Positions 1 through 10,124 of a stretch of DNA of 64,000 nt are shown piece after piece (positions within the stretch are counted from its first letter, which is position 1; every line of letters begins with the position of its first letter). Made by a program: the position numbers and the translations under genes. Where the stretch lies: positions 3,100,001 through 3,164,000 of the forward strand of contig OU015568.1 of the NCBI GenBank assembly GCA_907165135.1, given 5' to 3'. The notes beneath the pieces are model-generated. The model was not told the DNA's origin and made no database searches. It saw only the letters and a list, made by a program, of their open reading frames with translations. This DNA is from Oikopleura dioica. Lineage: Eukaryota; Animalia; Chordata.

Positions 1-657
1 TTTTTTGACTCAACCCAGCTTCTTTTTTGGGTGTCCCAAACGATCGGGTCCGGGAGTCTCAAGTTAAGTTTTTAAAAAAATAGCTGGGGACAGCCTTAAA
101 AATAAATAAACCATTAACCATGCCAGATCTAGACTCAGAAAATTGCCAATAAGTGTGAATCTGCGGGACAAATTCGTAAAAACCGTGGGTTTTGGAGGTG
201 GTTCAATCATGTCAGCTTAGGGGCCTAAGCTAGCTAGACTAGCTAAGCTGAGGGCATAAAAAATTTCTCCTAAGCTTGCTAAGTTGTGAGCTAACCAGAT
301 TTAGAACTCTGCCTGAGGTGCATGTGTTGTTTTCGCTATGCACCTCAGCAGGTGCATGCAGTTACTCTCAAAAAAAGCCAAGTACCTGGAGTGGTCGAAA
401 TCCAATATAAAGAACCCTTAAACTCAAAGGCACTTCGGTAAAAGCCAACTTTTGCCTCAGGAGGTGTACCCTGGCGGGGTAAGGTTAATGAATAAGCGAA
501 TGGCAAGATAGGGAGCTGATTCTACCAGTTCATTTGAAAACGAGCTTTCAAATAAGCGCTTGATCAGCCTTTTACCAATATAAAGTAGATACGAGTTAAA
601 GTTCGGGAAATGGGGGGATCCCTGTAATTTAATAATCATCGAACGAGACTCTTCCAT

Positions 658-730
658 GTGTACATAGCCTAGTGGTCAATAGATGGGTCAGGGTCTAATC
701 GGTGCGGCGGGTTCGAATCCCGGCGCTCAA
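658..730 (+). pseudogene. tRNA-derived Pol III-type element (tRNA pseudogene or SINE head)
   Basis: A-box TAGCCTAGTGGT (665) and B-box GGTTCGAATCC (710) at tRNA spacing, followed by T-runs. The acceptor halves (GTGTACA vs CGCTCAA) do not pair, so it is not a canonical tRNA. Confidence 0.6.
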
Positions 731-1099
731 CTTTTGATTTTTTCGTGCGGCTCTCTCTAGCGCCTTCGCGCATTGACGCGGGCTATGCGCTTTTGCCGCC
801 GCTTTATGAGTCATTCTTCAGAAGTACAAAAAGGCAAGCGCAAGTACGCGTTGCCGATTTTGAGTGTTTTCTTTACAGAAAACTCTTTTTAATCCATAAT
901 ACATCTACTGTTAGCAACGCGTGATTGCGCGTCAACAGGAAGGCTGTTTTTCGACAGTATCCGGAGAACCGGAAGTGATAAAGGAATTTCATTAAGTAAT
1001 TTGAAATCAGCATGTCCGAATTACTATTCAAAATTTTAATATAAGAGACATATCAGTATTTTAAAAAATGGCTGTTTTGATTTGCGTTCGATCCCTAAG

Positions 1100-1300
1100 T
1101 GAGACAAGCGAATGATGATTCGATTTTCATACCAAATAGACATCAGAGAATGTAAGCAAGTTTTCGTTTAATCCATTTTATGCACTCATTAGAGGATTCT
1201 TCGTGTTTCACTATGGGTCATCTATTGGAACACATCATATAGAGATTCGTCTGAAAGAGAAAGACACCAAGACGTTTCCAGTCGTCGTGATTTGAAACGG
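1100..1300 (+). CDS. 5' exons of beta-propeller/kelch-like family gene, copy 1 (upstream of the transposon)
   Basis: Exons 1100-1151 and 1193-1300 translate SIFIPNRHQRI/GFFVFHYGSSIGTHHIEIRLKEKDTKTFPVVVI*, colinear with PVFIPNRRQGI/GFFVFHFGASIGTHHIVIRRKENDKQVFPVVVI* at about 48610-48786. The more 5' part of copy 1 was not resolved. Confidence 0.75.
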
Positions 1301-1380
1301 GTCTTAAGTTTAGAGTCTAAACTTTAGACCGTCTAAACACGCTCTTTGAAAATAATACCCATTTTCTTGAGTTACTTTAA

Positions 1381-1732
1381 GGATATAGCCGTTCTCAAGG
1401 CACTTTTGTAGCGCCGAAATGGGACGATAAAATTTTTTCATTTCAAGACAGTTCCTACCTAAAATCGTCTGTAGAATTCAAATCTGATGTTTTTCAAAAT
1501 TTTTTTTCAGGAAAATTTCTCTCTAGAGCGATTTGAAATCTTACGATCACTTTTTCTCGAAAATTTTCCATTAAATCGCTAAAACTAAACCGTGTATTAT
1601 AATAAGAAACTATCAATCTAGCTTCTTAGGGCTTCAAAATTTCAAAACTCGACCAAATTTATATTCTAGCGCCTTCTTCTATTCAATCTCTTCTTCTTTC
1701 TCGTTGATGATTCGCTCGCGCGCGACCAATCA
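1381..1732 (+). repeat. Left terminal inverted repeat (352 bp)
   Basis: Reverse complement of 9754-10105, no mismatch seen by eye. The inner end carries a CCAAT box (GACCAATCA). Confidence 0.95.
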
Positions 1733-1989
1733 GCGCAAAACAGCCCGCCATGATTCTCAAGAAGACCCGACCCTCAACCTCAATCATTTTCCATCTGATT
1801 CATATTCCACTGTAGTATCTTTCCTTCGGCCAATAAACAAACTTTCGGAAAATCCGACGAATGATTGAAGAACAGACAAATTGTCTTGATTCTTTCTTGA
1901 ATAAAAGCTTGTCAATCTGATACTTTCACTCAGTATTGAGAAACAATGAGTACTAAAAGCAGTGTTGCAAATTTTTCAATATCATAAGC

Positions 1990-4900
1990 ATGGCAAAGAA
2001 TAATCTAGCTAAGAGGAATAAAGCTAGAAGCAGAAAAAGAAAGAGTTTAGCTGTTAGAAGAAGGCAAGACAAATATGGTAGATTGCTGCCAAAAAGGTGA
2101 ACTTGGTTTTGCTGGTCTAAACCAAAATATGGAAGTGAATATATGATAAATGAAAATCATTTTTTCGGAGCAAAATTCTATCCCCCATCTTTCTTGTGCT
2201 CATCTGATAGAGCAACTCCTGAGGAGTCGATTCATATAGTTTTGAGGGTTTGAGTCATCATGAAAATACTATTTTTCAAGTACCATCTTCGGATCGTCAA
2301 TGCGCGCGTGGATTCCATATTTTGGTTTTACCCTTTTAGTTTGATTTATATTGACAGTATTGAAGTTCTCCTTCGCTAACCACTGCTTCTTCTTCGAATC
2401 TTACCGAATCGACTTGTGAAAACATCGACGATGCTCTTGTTCACCCCTATTCAAATCCCGAAAACAACGCTATTGCCGAAAACCTTGGATGGATCGATAC
2501 ATCATCCTCAACGTTTGGTCATTTCGAGGAACCTCTTGAAAGCTCGATCTACTATCATCATAATGTCGGAGATCACATTGAAGAGCAACAGATCAATGAT
2601 GTAGCAGATCGTCTTCAAAAATTACAGATCACTCATCCTACTCTGCCACAAGAATCTGAAATGTCCATTTACAATCCTGACCAACATGACCCGGTGTCAA
2701 ATGAGCCAGAAATCACAGAAACAACTCCTTTTCCAGCTGATAAATCGGTCGCCCCTGAATATGTCACGAATGTCACGAATGTCACGAATATTTCTTGCGA
2801 AGATGACTCTGATACATGCATGATTTGGTCACAATCAGCGATTGAAGAGCTTGTCAGTAACGTGGCCTGCTCAAAGTGCAACAAAAAACTAAATGTGCTC
2901 TTCTTTCAACCAGATGTGTTTCATTTCAAAGCCAAAATTACATGCGAAACTAAATACTGTCGCGGTGGATTTACTCTGGAAAACACTCCCTCTTCTATAA
3001 ACGATACGATACTTTGCGCGTCGAAATTTGCGGGAATGAGTGCGTCTCAACTGCGTAGATTTTGTTATTTCAATAATTTTGCGGTCAAGGTATTTTTATC
3101 AAAGAAAGTCCTATATTCATTTCTTTAAGAGTTTTACTCAGACTTATCCTGCTCGTTATCATCAGAACAACAAATTCTACACTCGGCGTGCTAAAATCTA
3201 CCGAGAGATAAAAGGTACAAGTCCATATTCTATTGTATTTATTTTGAGATTTGGATTATGTACCGAGGTATTTAGCAGAATGATAGAAAAGGCAAAAAGC
3301 AATTTTGTAGGAGAAAAATGTTTTTTTTTGGAGTGAACTTTTTGTCGAGGCAGAATCTGCATTCATACTTGGTTATTTCGTTGTTCGATTTCTTTGAGCA
3401 CAGCCAGGAAGTTTTTCTTCTTTATCATTTTTGTCTGGTCTAGTATCTTATCTGAACGCTTGCAATTATTTTCCGAAAAACCTACAGTGGTGTGTGGAGT
3501 TGGTGCACCCCTAGATAGCGGGTAAAAGGTGCACAAACGCATCACTCACTTTTGCTACTTCTAGAAGAAAACAATAGAAAAAGTGCGGGTCAGGGGTGCA
3601 CCAACGCAGCACTCGCTAAGGGTGCACCAACTCACTACAATATTGTAACGCCGAAGAAGTATTCCAAGCTTTTACATACCGATAGAATATATCTGCGGAT
3701 ACTCTGTAAAATTCCTTTTGAGGCGGCAAACTCCACATGATATCGACGTTGTGGAAGTCCGAAACTGGGTGGTATTTGATAAGCTTGGAAACATTTTGTC
3801 CTTTATATGCAGATCCGACAGACCAGTCCGGCTCGTCCAGGGTTTTTCTCAAGTTGCGGGAGGGAACAAGAGAGAATATTTCTTCGACCCACTTTTGTTA
3901 CTCGTCCAGCCATAACGAGCTCTTTTTCATAGTTGAATGTACTGTAAGATTTGACAACATAAGTTCAATAATCAACCTTTTCCTGAATAACGAGTTTCAT
4001 CAAATTCGACGAGTAATTCCTTGGATACCAATAGTGCAACATGTCATATGCTGTTTTTCTGATTTTCTTGAGATCCTCCCAAAGACTCTTTCTGTTTCAA
4101 AAGAAACCGCTCTGAGGATGGCCTTTTTTCATCACTGCCTCTTGGATAATCTGGAATTTGCGACAATAGTCGTCGGTTTTTGCCATTTCGAATTCCGAAT
4201 GAACGGAGGCAACTATTCAAAGGGATAGTTTTACTGTCAAAAGATCATTATTAGACATGTGTCGACCAAGATCTAATCTTAAGAATAAGGAAAATAGGTT
4301 CTATCCCTTCCTTTCGCGTTCAACAGAATCTTCCTTCATCAATGGGTCGATGAAAAACTGCGCCCAAATGTCCAGCGCTTCTCTGAACTTACCCGGCGCC
4401 ACGTCGAAATGATAGTTGGCGTATTCGAGCTCCGTACGAAAAGAGAAATGGAAAGCGATAGACAACGGTATCTGTCGATTTTATTGCATGTGAACAACTC
4501 TAAGCGGAAAAAAGTTGGCTCGCCTCAAAGAGAGATGGCGGGCGATATACATGTAGAACGAAATTTGTAAAAAATATGAGTAAGATTCAATATCAATTTG
4601 AACTTGTAGAAGTTGGCTAGTCCATTCGCGCCTTCAGCTTGCGGGTGATGATTTTGTCCTTTTGAATGATGGTTACAGTGGCTCCCCAGCCGGATGCAGC
4701 GTTTCGATCGCAACCAGAAAGCATAGTTTGTGAGACGCATTCGAAAAGCTCCTCCGCTGGCTAAAAGAGTAAGATTTGCGCGAGACCCTGGCACTCGACT
4801 TTTTCGTGAAAACTTCCGGCGCGGACGACCATACAAGCGGCCGACACTTTTCTTAATTTCTCCTCGCCCTCTTCTTCTTCTCCTTCACCGTCGCATTCGC

Positions 4901-7897
4901 TTTTCTCGAGCTCATCGGAGCTCAGGTCTTCTTCTTCTTACCGTTTCGGGCTCTCTTTCATGTTCCATGCTAAAATCGAGCTGATCTCCAGGCCTTCAGA
5001 AAAAGTACCTTTTGACATTCATGTTGGACAAATGCGTCAAAAAATCGTTGTAACTCTCCCTCTCATGAAGCGCCACATCTCTCTCGTCGAAATCATCTTC
5101 TCTACCGAGAGCGAAATCAATCGAAAACTGATTCTTCTGAGTGTCGATTCTGCGTTGCATTTCTAGCTCTAGCGCTTCGAATTCTTCGTTGAAAGCCGTC
5201 ACATCAATTGGTACGTGTGTTGGTAGAACTTTCAAAAGGAAGCTCATGTGCCAAATCTGAATAAAAAAATTAAGGACTTGCGATGAAAGACCAACAAGAA
5301 ATTCTTGACCACTACATGGAGTACTGTGCGAAGAACTCAATTATTCCTTCTTTTTCTGTTGATGGAACGTATCCTTGCAGAAAAGACTCCCCGATGTGTG
5401 CCCTCACTGTCCTGGTTCGAATTCCTGGTCAGTCAGCAAAGGTGGTTCACACACAAATAATTGCTCGCTGGAAGACATGCCAGGATCTCTCCCAGGAATG
5501 GATATAAATTACCTTTGTGAACAGGGTTCGGTATTTTGCATTCTTCGAAAAATTCGCCAAAGACGACGGTGAATATGCTCTTTTTTCGCTGTTGTAGAAG
5601 CTGCAGTAGGTGTTGAATTCTATAAGAAATATTTCATGATTCCAGAATTTGTTTAGTAATTGCCTCGATATAGTCTTTCAAAAGTTATATATTATTGAAA
5701 ATCGAATATCGACAATGAAAAACAAGTTTTGAAATCTTGATTATTGTACCTAAGAAGTGTTCGAAGGCCGCAAGCGGCTTTCTCGCTATTTTTTTCAACC
5801 AAAGTCGGTCTTACCAATTTCGAGCCACAAGTCCCCTTTTTTTATGCGAATGCCAACGAAGCTCTGTCGATTGTGGCTGTCGTTTAGCACCTGGGTAGTA
5901 GGAAAAATCTCCCTCACGATTCGGGTAAAGCCAGAAACGCCGAGAACTGGGGTTCCCTTCACGCCTGCAATTTTCAATTCTTGCATGGCTTTGGTTGTGT
6001 AATCGGTGAAGAAACCCGAGCGGGAGAGCAGCTCGTTTTCGTCGCCGAGTTCGATGCGTTTTCTGATGAAAGCACGAGCGAAATTAGCAGATGCGGCTTG
6101 GATTTGGGATTGATCCTCTCTCGGGCCATTTGCTACTAGAAAAAGTAGAGATAGAATTGAAAAATGCTACCTTGTCCAACAGGTCGCATTTTTGAGGAGT
6201 TTGGGACTTGGTAGCATTACTGTGAACTTCTTGTTGTTGGGACCGGAGAGCGGCTTGCTTGGCATGAGAGGAGTGAACAGAGTTGTGAGGAGTTGCGGGA
6301 TGGGGATTTTGAGCTTGAGATTTTTGAGAATTTACAAGAAGACGTAGTCGAGGGCAGAAAGGAAATCCGTGCGTTTGATCATCTTGGCAGTGAGATTGTA
6401 CCCCAGAAATGGGGTTGTAAGCTGAAAATATGCTTTAAAAGGGGGTCAAGATAGATTTGTTAGTGATTTCCCCTAATTATATCCAAAAAAGCTTCCTGAG
6501 GGCGTGTCAAATGAGCCTTGCTCGTCAAAGAGTCTCGAGGCTAGGGCTTTTAATCTTGCTCTGATCGGATGGAGGGACAATTGTCCGCACACAAGCCATG
6601 AGGCGCTGCACTACACCGCGCTACTAGCCAAGAGATGGGGGCGCAACGGAGCGCGCGCTGATATCAAAATCATCAGCAGGGATCAAAGTCTTTGATTCAA
6701 AGAACACTTCTCGTTGTTTTGAATATATTTATCTAGTACCAATCTAAACAAAAATTTTTTATTTTATCACCTAACAAAAAGATAAAGAATGGTAGCTGCC
6801 CGTTACATTCCTTTTATCGCGCCTTCTTTTGTTCTGCCAGAATTGGACAGATTCTCAGAATTTCTTGAACATATATTATCAAAAATACAATATTAGAACC
6901 TAAGTGCCCCTCACCACGGGGCTTCGCCCCTTAGGTCCTAAGATGCCGGGGTCTAGTCTAGGGTTACTTAGGGTTACCTGCGGTAGATTAGACGGTGATT
7001 AAATTTTTCAAAGAAGAGAAGCTTGTCGGAGTCAGTGACAGTCGGATCAATGAGCGATATCTACACGATGTAATTACAAAAACTCAAGGAGGGCTACAAT
7101 TTTTGAAGGACAATTCTGCAGAAATGACGCCCGAGCTTGTCAAAAACACTATTCTACGAGTTTGGTACCACAATGCGGGAGTGCATACTGACTGTGATGA
7201 TTCTTTTTGCTCTGGAGAAACTTGCTACTTTCCTACATCAGAAAAATTTACAAAAGAAGACTTACTTGTGGCTATCTCTAAGAGTTTTTGTGCGAAAAAA
7301 TTCGACCTGAACAAATTTGCATCTGATATTGCGACTTCGGGCGAAACAAGGTTAGACGCTCAAAACGAAAATATCTGAAGAAATTTTTAGTCGTAACGAG
7401 TCTTTCCACTCTGCCATATTTTCACGATGGCGCAAAGAATCTCCACTTAGTTACAGAACTAAAGATGAGTTTACTACATGCGTCTTCATCTCATCTTTGA
7501 GTTTTAATAACAATGAAGCTGATATTGCGGAAATACTAGCAAAAAAACTCGATCGTCAAATCTCACCTGTCATCATTAAAATGATGAGAAATGAAATCAA
7601 GAAAAGGAATGTTCAAAATAAGAAAAATGGGCCGATACAGAAAGAAAACAGGCGCAAAAAACTAAAAGATTCGAAAAAACTTAGACTCAGGTGAAAAATC
7701 CACAGATCTCAAAACAATTAATTTAATTTAGCCTTTATAACAAGAAGCATGAGTTGGAAAGGGATCGTTCAAATGCTGAAAAGAGAGAGAAGAACCAGAA
7801 CAAAAAGAAAGGTTTTCAAGTTCCAGTGAAGGAAGTGGTCCAAGTCATGCCCCCAGAAAGTTTAGTTGAAATGATGCCAATGACGGAGAAAGGGTAA
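1990..7897 (+). CDS. Multi-exon DDE transposase (Kolobok / 'Mutator-like transposase' domain family)
   Basis: Inferred exons: 1990-2096, 2366-3089, 3130-3214, 5275-~5470, ~6499-6685, ~6989-7350, 7391-~7690 and ~7733-7897. Motifs: CxxC zinc knuckle (CSKC...CETKYC), SVDGTY (first D, 5361), SSKSLE, IISRD, HxxC (HAGVHTDC) and TSRNESFHS (catalytic E, 7398). Several donors and the C-terminal exons are uncertain. Confidence 0.75.
3483..3647. mobile_element. Nested TA-flanked MITE (Tc1/mariner-like ends)
   Basis: GAGTTGGTGCACCC (3497-3510) is inverted at 3620-3633. Degenerate pairing extends to TACA...TGTA ends, with extra internal GGTGCAC(C/A)AAC copies. Confidence 0.55.
3690..4938 (-). pseudogene. 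NRDC: Captured nardilysin-like (M16A metallopeptidase) gene fragment, with introns and premature stops
   Basis: Four segments: acidic tract plus [24 protein letters not shown] (4938-4777); [41 protein letters not shown] (4436-4312); IASVHSEF...[13 protein letters not shown]...[13 protein letters not shown] (4212-3977); [15 protein letters not shown]...[12 protein letters not shown]. They match remembered nardilysin motifs (SAAALCVGVGSF..GLAHFLEH; ALDRWAQFFIHPL; WALPPQ..YRV). Stops at 4097-4099 and 3898-3900. Confidence 0.85.
4617..4760 (-). pseudogene. PSMB3: Captured terminal exon of proteasome subunit beta type-3
   Basis: After a polypyrimidine AG acceptor it reads [47 protein letters not shown]. 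This matches the remembered PSMB3 C-terminus ([39 protein letters not shown]). No other PSMB3 exons were found nearby. Confidence 0.9.
4912..6189 (-). CDS. Transposon accessory gene with RFX-like winged-helix domain
   Basis: Inferred GT-AG exons in matching phases: 6189-6171, 6135-5815, 5785-5750, ~5621-5513, ~5263-5005 and ~4965-4912. Exon 2 ([24 protein letters not shown]...[35 protein letters not shown]) resembles the RFX DNA-binding signature (FGKLIRSVFP...YYGIRLK). Confidence 0.6.
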
Positions 7898-9139
7898 ACT
7901 TATACAGTGTAAATTTTATTCTTACCTTTTCATTAAGTTCCAAAAAAACCAAGTCAAAAGCAAGAACGCCCCTTGGAGATATTTCCAACACGAAATCTTC
8001 ATTTCAACCCTAATCAAATCGCCCAAACAAAAAATGCTATTTTCGCGGGTTCAACCAATTTATGGAAATGATTTTATGGATCTGGGCTTTGATTCGCCGG
8101 TAGGCCAAATAAAGCAATCTTATTAGTTATCCAAAAATGCACCGCCATAAATTTGTTGTGTCTATTTTTACTGAAAATTGAAACTGAAGAATAATGATCG
8201 AAAAATTTCCAATCTCACCGTCATGTCTTTGACCACGTCGCAAAGCCTATGAATTTGCATCCTCAAGTTCGTTTCATTATTTGCAAAATAAGTCTTTTTG
8301 ACTGCTATGCCGCTGCTTCTGAGTTTGCTTCGAGAAATTCTTCTGAGCTTGACTTTCAGTAATTGTTTGCAGCGTTTTGTTCTGTGCGATTAGTTGCGCT
8401 TCTACTTCACTCTAAATAGTTGTAAAATACTGGCAAATGTATCTTTCAATGAAAACAAAAAACAATGCATGGCTGCTTTTTTAGCAATCAAACAAAGTTT
8501 CTTTTCAAGAAAATATGTATTTAACTTTTCAGGATTTTGAACTTTGATCATAGCATGAAGATGGATTGGAACTTTGAAATAGCTTTCAATTATTTACAAA
8601 AGTGAGGAAGAAAAGAGAGAGGCGCTAGAAATTACGCTTGAAAGGAAAAAAATAACGACCCGCGCTGAAATTTGAAACAAGGGCAGCTCGTGGGTATGTT
8701 GCAAGTTATCTAGTAATGAACTCTGAAGACGCTGATAAAAAAAACGAGGGAGTGGCAGATTCAAATTTGTACAGGAGGCAATGGTCTAAGATTGACCACA
8801 AATTGGAAGAATTCAAAGTGTCTTCGCGAATGAATTGAGCTCTTTTAGCGAGTGCTCCTGAATATGATCAGCAGATTTCTAGCTCGGTTTCCGTCGCGTG
8901 GCTGCATATCTAAAGACGTGGCTAGAATTATGCTAGAATAGCACTCCGATGTACCTTGCATTGATGATTTAGAGCCAAAACTTGGACTTTGATGAATGTA
9001 TTGAAGTACTGTCCCAGGTTGTCCATCTTGTATGCACCATTTTCGAAAGACATACCATTCGACGAGTTCGATTTTGGCTTCTCAAGCCGCCTTTTGAAGG
9101 TTTGTTGCTCGCTTTATTTTATTGTTGTCGCACACTTTG

Positions 9140-9496
9140 AAGGTTGAAAAATCTTCTTCTTCTGTCAGAATCGAGTTTCCATGGAGTGCTTGCTGCGGTT
9201 CTGAAGATACGCCTTTGAAGATAAAGCAATAAAAATATAGAATATTGATAGGATAATTATGTTAAGATGTATTTACCTCTTCGAGAGTCATTTTCCACCG
9301 TCTTAGGGCTCTCACTTGGATCCAAACTTGAAACCTGCTCATTTGAAGTGTATTCCGTTGACTGGTTCTCTTCTGGAGACATCTCACTGAAAGAACAATT
9401 TGTCTGGATATTTGCACGATTTGCGTAACAAACCTTGGAAAACAGTTTTTCTCTTCCATGACGATCTCCAGCGCGTGTTTTTGAAGCAGTGATCAT
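9140..9496 (-). CDS. Possible second inward-facing accessory gene, 5' exons
   Basis: ATG at 9496, a 75-codon Ser/Glu-rich exon ending at a GTAAAT donor, then a short AG-acceptor exon near 9213. No recognisable domain. Confidence 0.3.
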
Positions 9497-9753
9497 TTCT
9501 AATAATAACAGCTATCGTAAATTTTACGAATCTTTTAAAAATTAATTGAATATAACAGCAGATTTTGGATAAAAAAGTATCATTAATTGAATTGTTTTCT
9601 TGGGGAGCATATTTTATAAATTGTTAAATTTCTAATATAAATAGTAGTATGGTAAAAAAATAAATAGTGTTCACGGTTTCGTTGCAAGTTCTCGCAGTTT
9701 CTCTCGAAAAAATGAAAATGGGCCTCTCCTCCACGAGAGTTCTCACCGCTCTT

Positions 9754-10105
9754 TGATTGGTCGCGCGCGAGCGAATCATCAACGAGAAAGAAGAAGAGAT
9801 TGAATAGAAGAAGGCGCTAGAATATAAATTTGGTCGAGTTTTGAAATTTTGAAGCCCTAAGAAGCTAGATTGATAGTTTCTTATTATAATACACGGTTTA
9901 GTTTTAGCGATTTAATGGAAAATTTTCGAGAAAAAGTGATCGTAAGATTTCAAATCGCTCTAGAGAGAAATTTTCCTGAAAAAAAATTTTGAAAAACATC
10001 AGATTTGAATTCTACAGACGATTTTAGGTAGGAACTGTCTTGAAATGAAAAAATTTTATCGTCCCATTTCGGCGCTACAAAAGTGCCTTGAGAACGGCTA
10101 TATCC
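9754..10105 (-). repeat. Right terminal inverted repeat (352 bp)
   Basis: Reverse complement of 1381-1732. Confidence 0.95.
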
Positions 10106-10124
10106 TTAACCGACCCATACCAAG

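Larger units (their letters stand above)
1381..10105. mobile_element. Kolobok-type DNA transposon, 8,725 bp, TTAA TSD, 352-bp TIRs, carrying captured host gene fragments
   Basis: TTAA at 1377-1380 and 10106-10109. Termini read GGATATAGCC...GGCTATATCC. 1381-1732 is the reverse complement of 9754-10105. An internal DDE transposase is present. TTAA TSD with purine-purine termini is the described Kolobok signature. Confidence 0.9.

Noticed and set aside
313-348. Perfect 11-bp hairpin CTGAGGTGCAT/ATGCACCTCAG as a pre-miRNA
   Set aside because: The stem is too short for a pre-miRNA and there is no other support.
3737-4228. 163-aa plus-strand ORF
   Set aside because: Antisense shadow of the nardilysin fragment, which has clear homology on the minus strand.
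4525-4984. ORFs 4525-4836 (-) and 4730-4984 (+)
   Set aside because: Alternative frames over the PSMB3 and nardilysin pieces.
6330-6422. Minus-strand [29 protein letters not shown] as a third captured gene
   Set aside because: No family recognised and too short to support a call.
6905-6980. GGGGCTTCGCCCC hairpin with CTAG and TAGGGTTAC repeats as a Helitron 3' end
   Set aside because: Hairpin-to-CTRR spacing and a 5' TC end could not be established.
1377-10109. piggyBac assignment based on the TTAA TSD
   Set aside because: The termini are GG...CC rather than CC...GG, and the transposase motifs (SVDG, SSKSLE, NES) are not piggyBac-like.
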